51,029 bases of DNA from Promethearchaeota archaeon (GTDB taxonomy: Archaea > Asgardarchaeota > Lokiarchaeia > Sigyniarchaeales > SOKP01), in assembly GCA_048938005.1 (NCBI GenBank), contig JBHLMQ010000019.1, positions 1 to 51,029 on the forward strand. Reading direction: 5' to 3'. The first letter of the stretch is position 1; every line of letters starts with the position of its first letter. The notes under the pieces are model-generated. The model was not told where the DNA came from, ran no database searches, and worked only from the letters and a program-made list of their open reading frames with translations. Shown piece by piece: positions 49,460 through 51,029 of the stretch. A program made the position numbers and the translations under genes.

Positions 49460-49615
49460 TATTAAGCACTTATTTTTATCATTAATAGTTTTATATGGTA
49501 ATTAACTTTTATAAATACTATATCTTTTGTATTCATTTGATATTATTATTGGAAAGATCAGTTATTTTGAACACTGTATTTCATTAAATAGGAATGATTT
49601 TTTCATAGAATTAAC

Positions 49616-50824
49616 GTGAAATTAACTGAAGTTATTCAGATAGAATATTCATTTGAATTCTCAAAGTTATGTCACTTAGCTAAAAATCTGTATAATTTGG
49701 CTAATTGGTATGTTAGACAGGATTTCTTTAATCTTAATAACCTTTTAACTTATTATGATTTAGATCTTATCCTTAAAAACAAAAAGGCTTATCAGAGCCT
49801 TCCTTCTCAGACGTCTCAGCAAATTCTCATATATGTGAGTAGAAATTGGAAGTCCTATTTCAGAGGTTTAGAGGAATATAAAAATAATTTCAAAAAATTT
49901 AAGAAAAAACCTAATATTCCACGATATAAAAAGAAAAATGGAGAATCTGTAGTAATTTTCACCAACCAACAATGTAAGTTAAAGCAAGGATGTTTATATT
50001 TTCCAAAAAGTGTAAATATCAGCCCAATTAGGACAAGAATTACAGAAAGATTAAGAGAAGTAAGGATAATCCCCTTAGGGGTAAAATATAAAATTGAAAT
50101 TGTTTATGAGAAAGAAGAGAAGGATTTAGGATTAAATAAAGAGCATATCTTAAGTATTGATTTAGGATTAAATAATCTCATAACTGCTGTAAATAATAAT
50201 GGATGTACACCATTTATTATTAAAGGTGGGATGATAAAATCAATAAATCAATATTATAACAAGCAGTTAGCATATTATAGAAGTATTGAAAATAAGAAAG
50301 GCAATTTTACTGATACAAAACGAATTCAAAAACTCCATTTAACTCGAAATAATAAACTTACTACCTTATTTCATCGAATCTCTAAGAACATTATTGAATA
50401 TTGCATCAAAAATAACATTGGAACAATTATAATAGGATATAATCATGGCTGGAAACAAAAGATCAATATAGGAAAAAGAAATAATCAGAAATTTGTACAA
50501 ATCCCTTTCCTGAAAGTAGTACAACAGATCGAATATAAAGCTAAATTAAAAGGATTTTATGTCTTAACTATTAATGAAAGTCATACTTCCAAATGCTCTT
50601 TCTTGGATAATGAACCAATCAAAAAACATAAAAAGTATATAGGAAAAAGGATTTCTAGAGGGTTGTTCAAAACCTCCAACGGTATTTTACTCAATGCTGA
50701 TGTGAATGGGGCATATAATATCATGAAAAAAGCATTCCCAAATGCCATTTCGGCTGATGGGATAGAGGCATTCGGACTAATGCCACAAATAATACGACAA
50801 AACGTAACTGATATTATTATTTGA
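49616..50824 (+). CDS. tnpB: RNA-guided endonuclease TnpB (IS200/IS605 family), rearranged RuvC-II type
   Basis: AKNLYN.AN, RuvC-I IDLGLNN, IIIGYN..WKQ, NESHTSKCS and RuvC-III NADVNGAYNI. Confidence 0.93.
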   Translation: MKLTEVIQIEYSFEFSKLCHLAKNLYNLANWYVRQDFFNLNNLLTYYDLDLILKNKKAYQSLPSQTSQQILIYVSRNWKSYFRGLEEYKNNFKKFKKKPNIPRYKKKNGESVVIFTNQQCKLKQGCLYFPKSVNISPIRTRITERLREVRIIPLGVKYKIEIVYEKEEKDLGLNKEHILSIDLGLNNLITAVNNNGCTPFIIKGGMIKSINQYYNKQLAYYRSIENKKGNFTDTKRIQKLHLTRNNKLTTLFHRISKNIIEYCIKNNIGTIIIGYNHGWKQKINIGKRNNQKFVQIPFLKVVQQIEYKAKLKGFYVLTINESHTSKCSFLDNEPIKKHKKYIGKRISRGLFKTSNGILLNADVNGAYNIMKKAFPNAISADGIEAFGLMPQIIRQNVTDIII

Positions 50825-50826
50825 AA

Positions 50827-50872
50827 TAAGATGAGTATGTATTTACTCATTTTAATGGTCTGTACTTTTCAA
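50827..50872 (+). ncRNA. Putative 3' part of the omegaRNA / right-end hairpin
   Basis: TAAGATGAGTA-TGTATT-TACTCATTTTA forms an 11-bp stem with one G.U pair immediately after the tnpB stop; TnpB omegaRNAs are known to span the right end. Confidence 0.45.
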
Positions 50873-51029
50873 TTTTTATATATTTAATAATATCTTTTAG
50901 TTGAGGTTAATTCTAGGAAATATTTGTTTTCTGAAAATTCTTTTAATAATTAAAATATATTAAAATTACAGAAATATAGAAATTTTTAACCTAACAAATT
51001 GTATTAAAATTAAAACAAAGAAAATTAAA

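Larger units (their letters stand above)
49500..50872 (+). mobile_element. Non-autonomous IS1341-like (tnpB-only) element; ends approximate
   Basis: tnpB with no adjacent tnpA; hairpin at 50827-50854 and TTCAA at 50868-50872 downstream. The left end was not identified. Confidence 0.5.

Noticed and set aside
2035-50850. Numerous 60-130-aa antisense or alternative-frame ORFs nested in recognised genes (e.g. 3511-3819, 3977-4312, 20352-20717, 40094-40480, 48903-49187, 50581-50850)
   Set aside because: They are shadow ORFs with no motifs, fully overlapping well-supported CDSs.
1-51029. CRISPR array, integron attC array, rRNA or integrase
   Set aside because: I saw no regularly spaced repeat-spacer series, attC-like R/L boxes, GC-rich structural RNA or recombinase ORF.

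Overview
AT-rich, gene-dense archaeal chromosomal window, most likely from an Asgard archaeon of the Lokiarchaeia type. This is inferred from a Loki-type profilin, two Roadblock/LC7 proteins, three longin/uDENN-like proteins, a Rab-like GTPase and GGTGA/GGAGG ribosome-binding motifs. It holds a four-gene group 3b [NiFe]-hydrogenase operon, many stand-alone metabolic and redox genes (ygiD, hemerythrin, ferredoxin, msrA/msrB, ZIP and MFS transporters, four methyltransferases, a geranylgeranyl reductase-like enzyme, acoA/acoB-like E1 subunits), a SLOG-TIR fusion and an orphan TnpB with a rearranged RuvC site. I saw no tRNA, rRNA or CRISPR array. The most unusual signals are: (i) a divergent wHTH-Roadblock / RHH-like / Roadblock module with repeated 12-bp boxes, next to small MGE-like ORFs; (ii) several genes that appear to start at ATT/ATC/ATA; (iii) intergenic scars made of degenerate 3' ends of neighbouring genes, suggesting a recurring mode of gene insertion or duplication; (iv) a stand-alone SLOG-TIR nucleotide-signalling protein; (v) an unannotated zinc-ribbon peptide ending in polybasic-CC. 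All family calls come from motif recognition by eye, not database searches.
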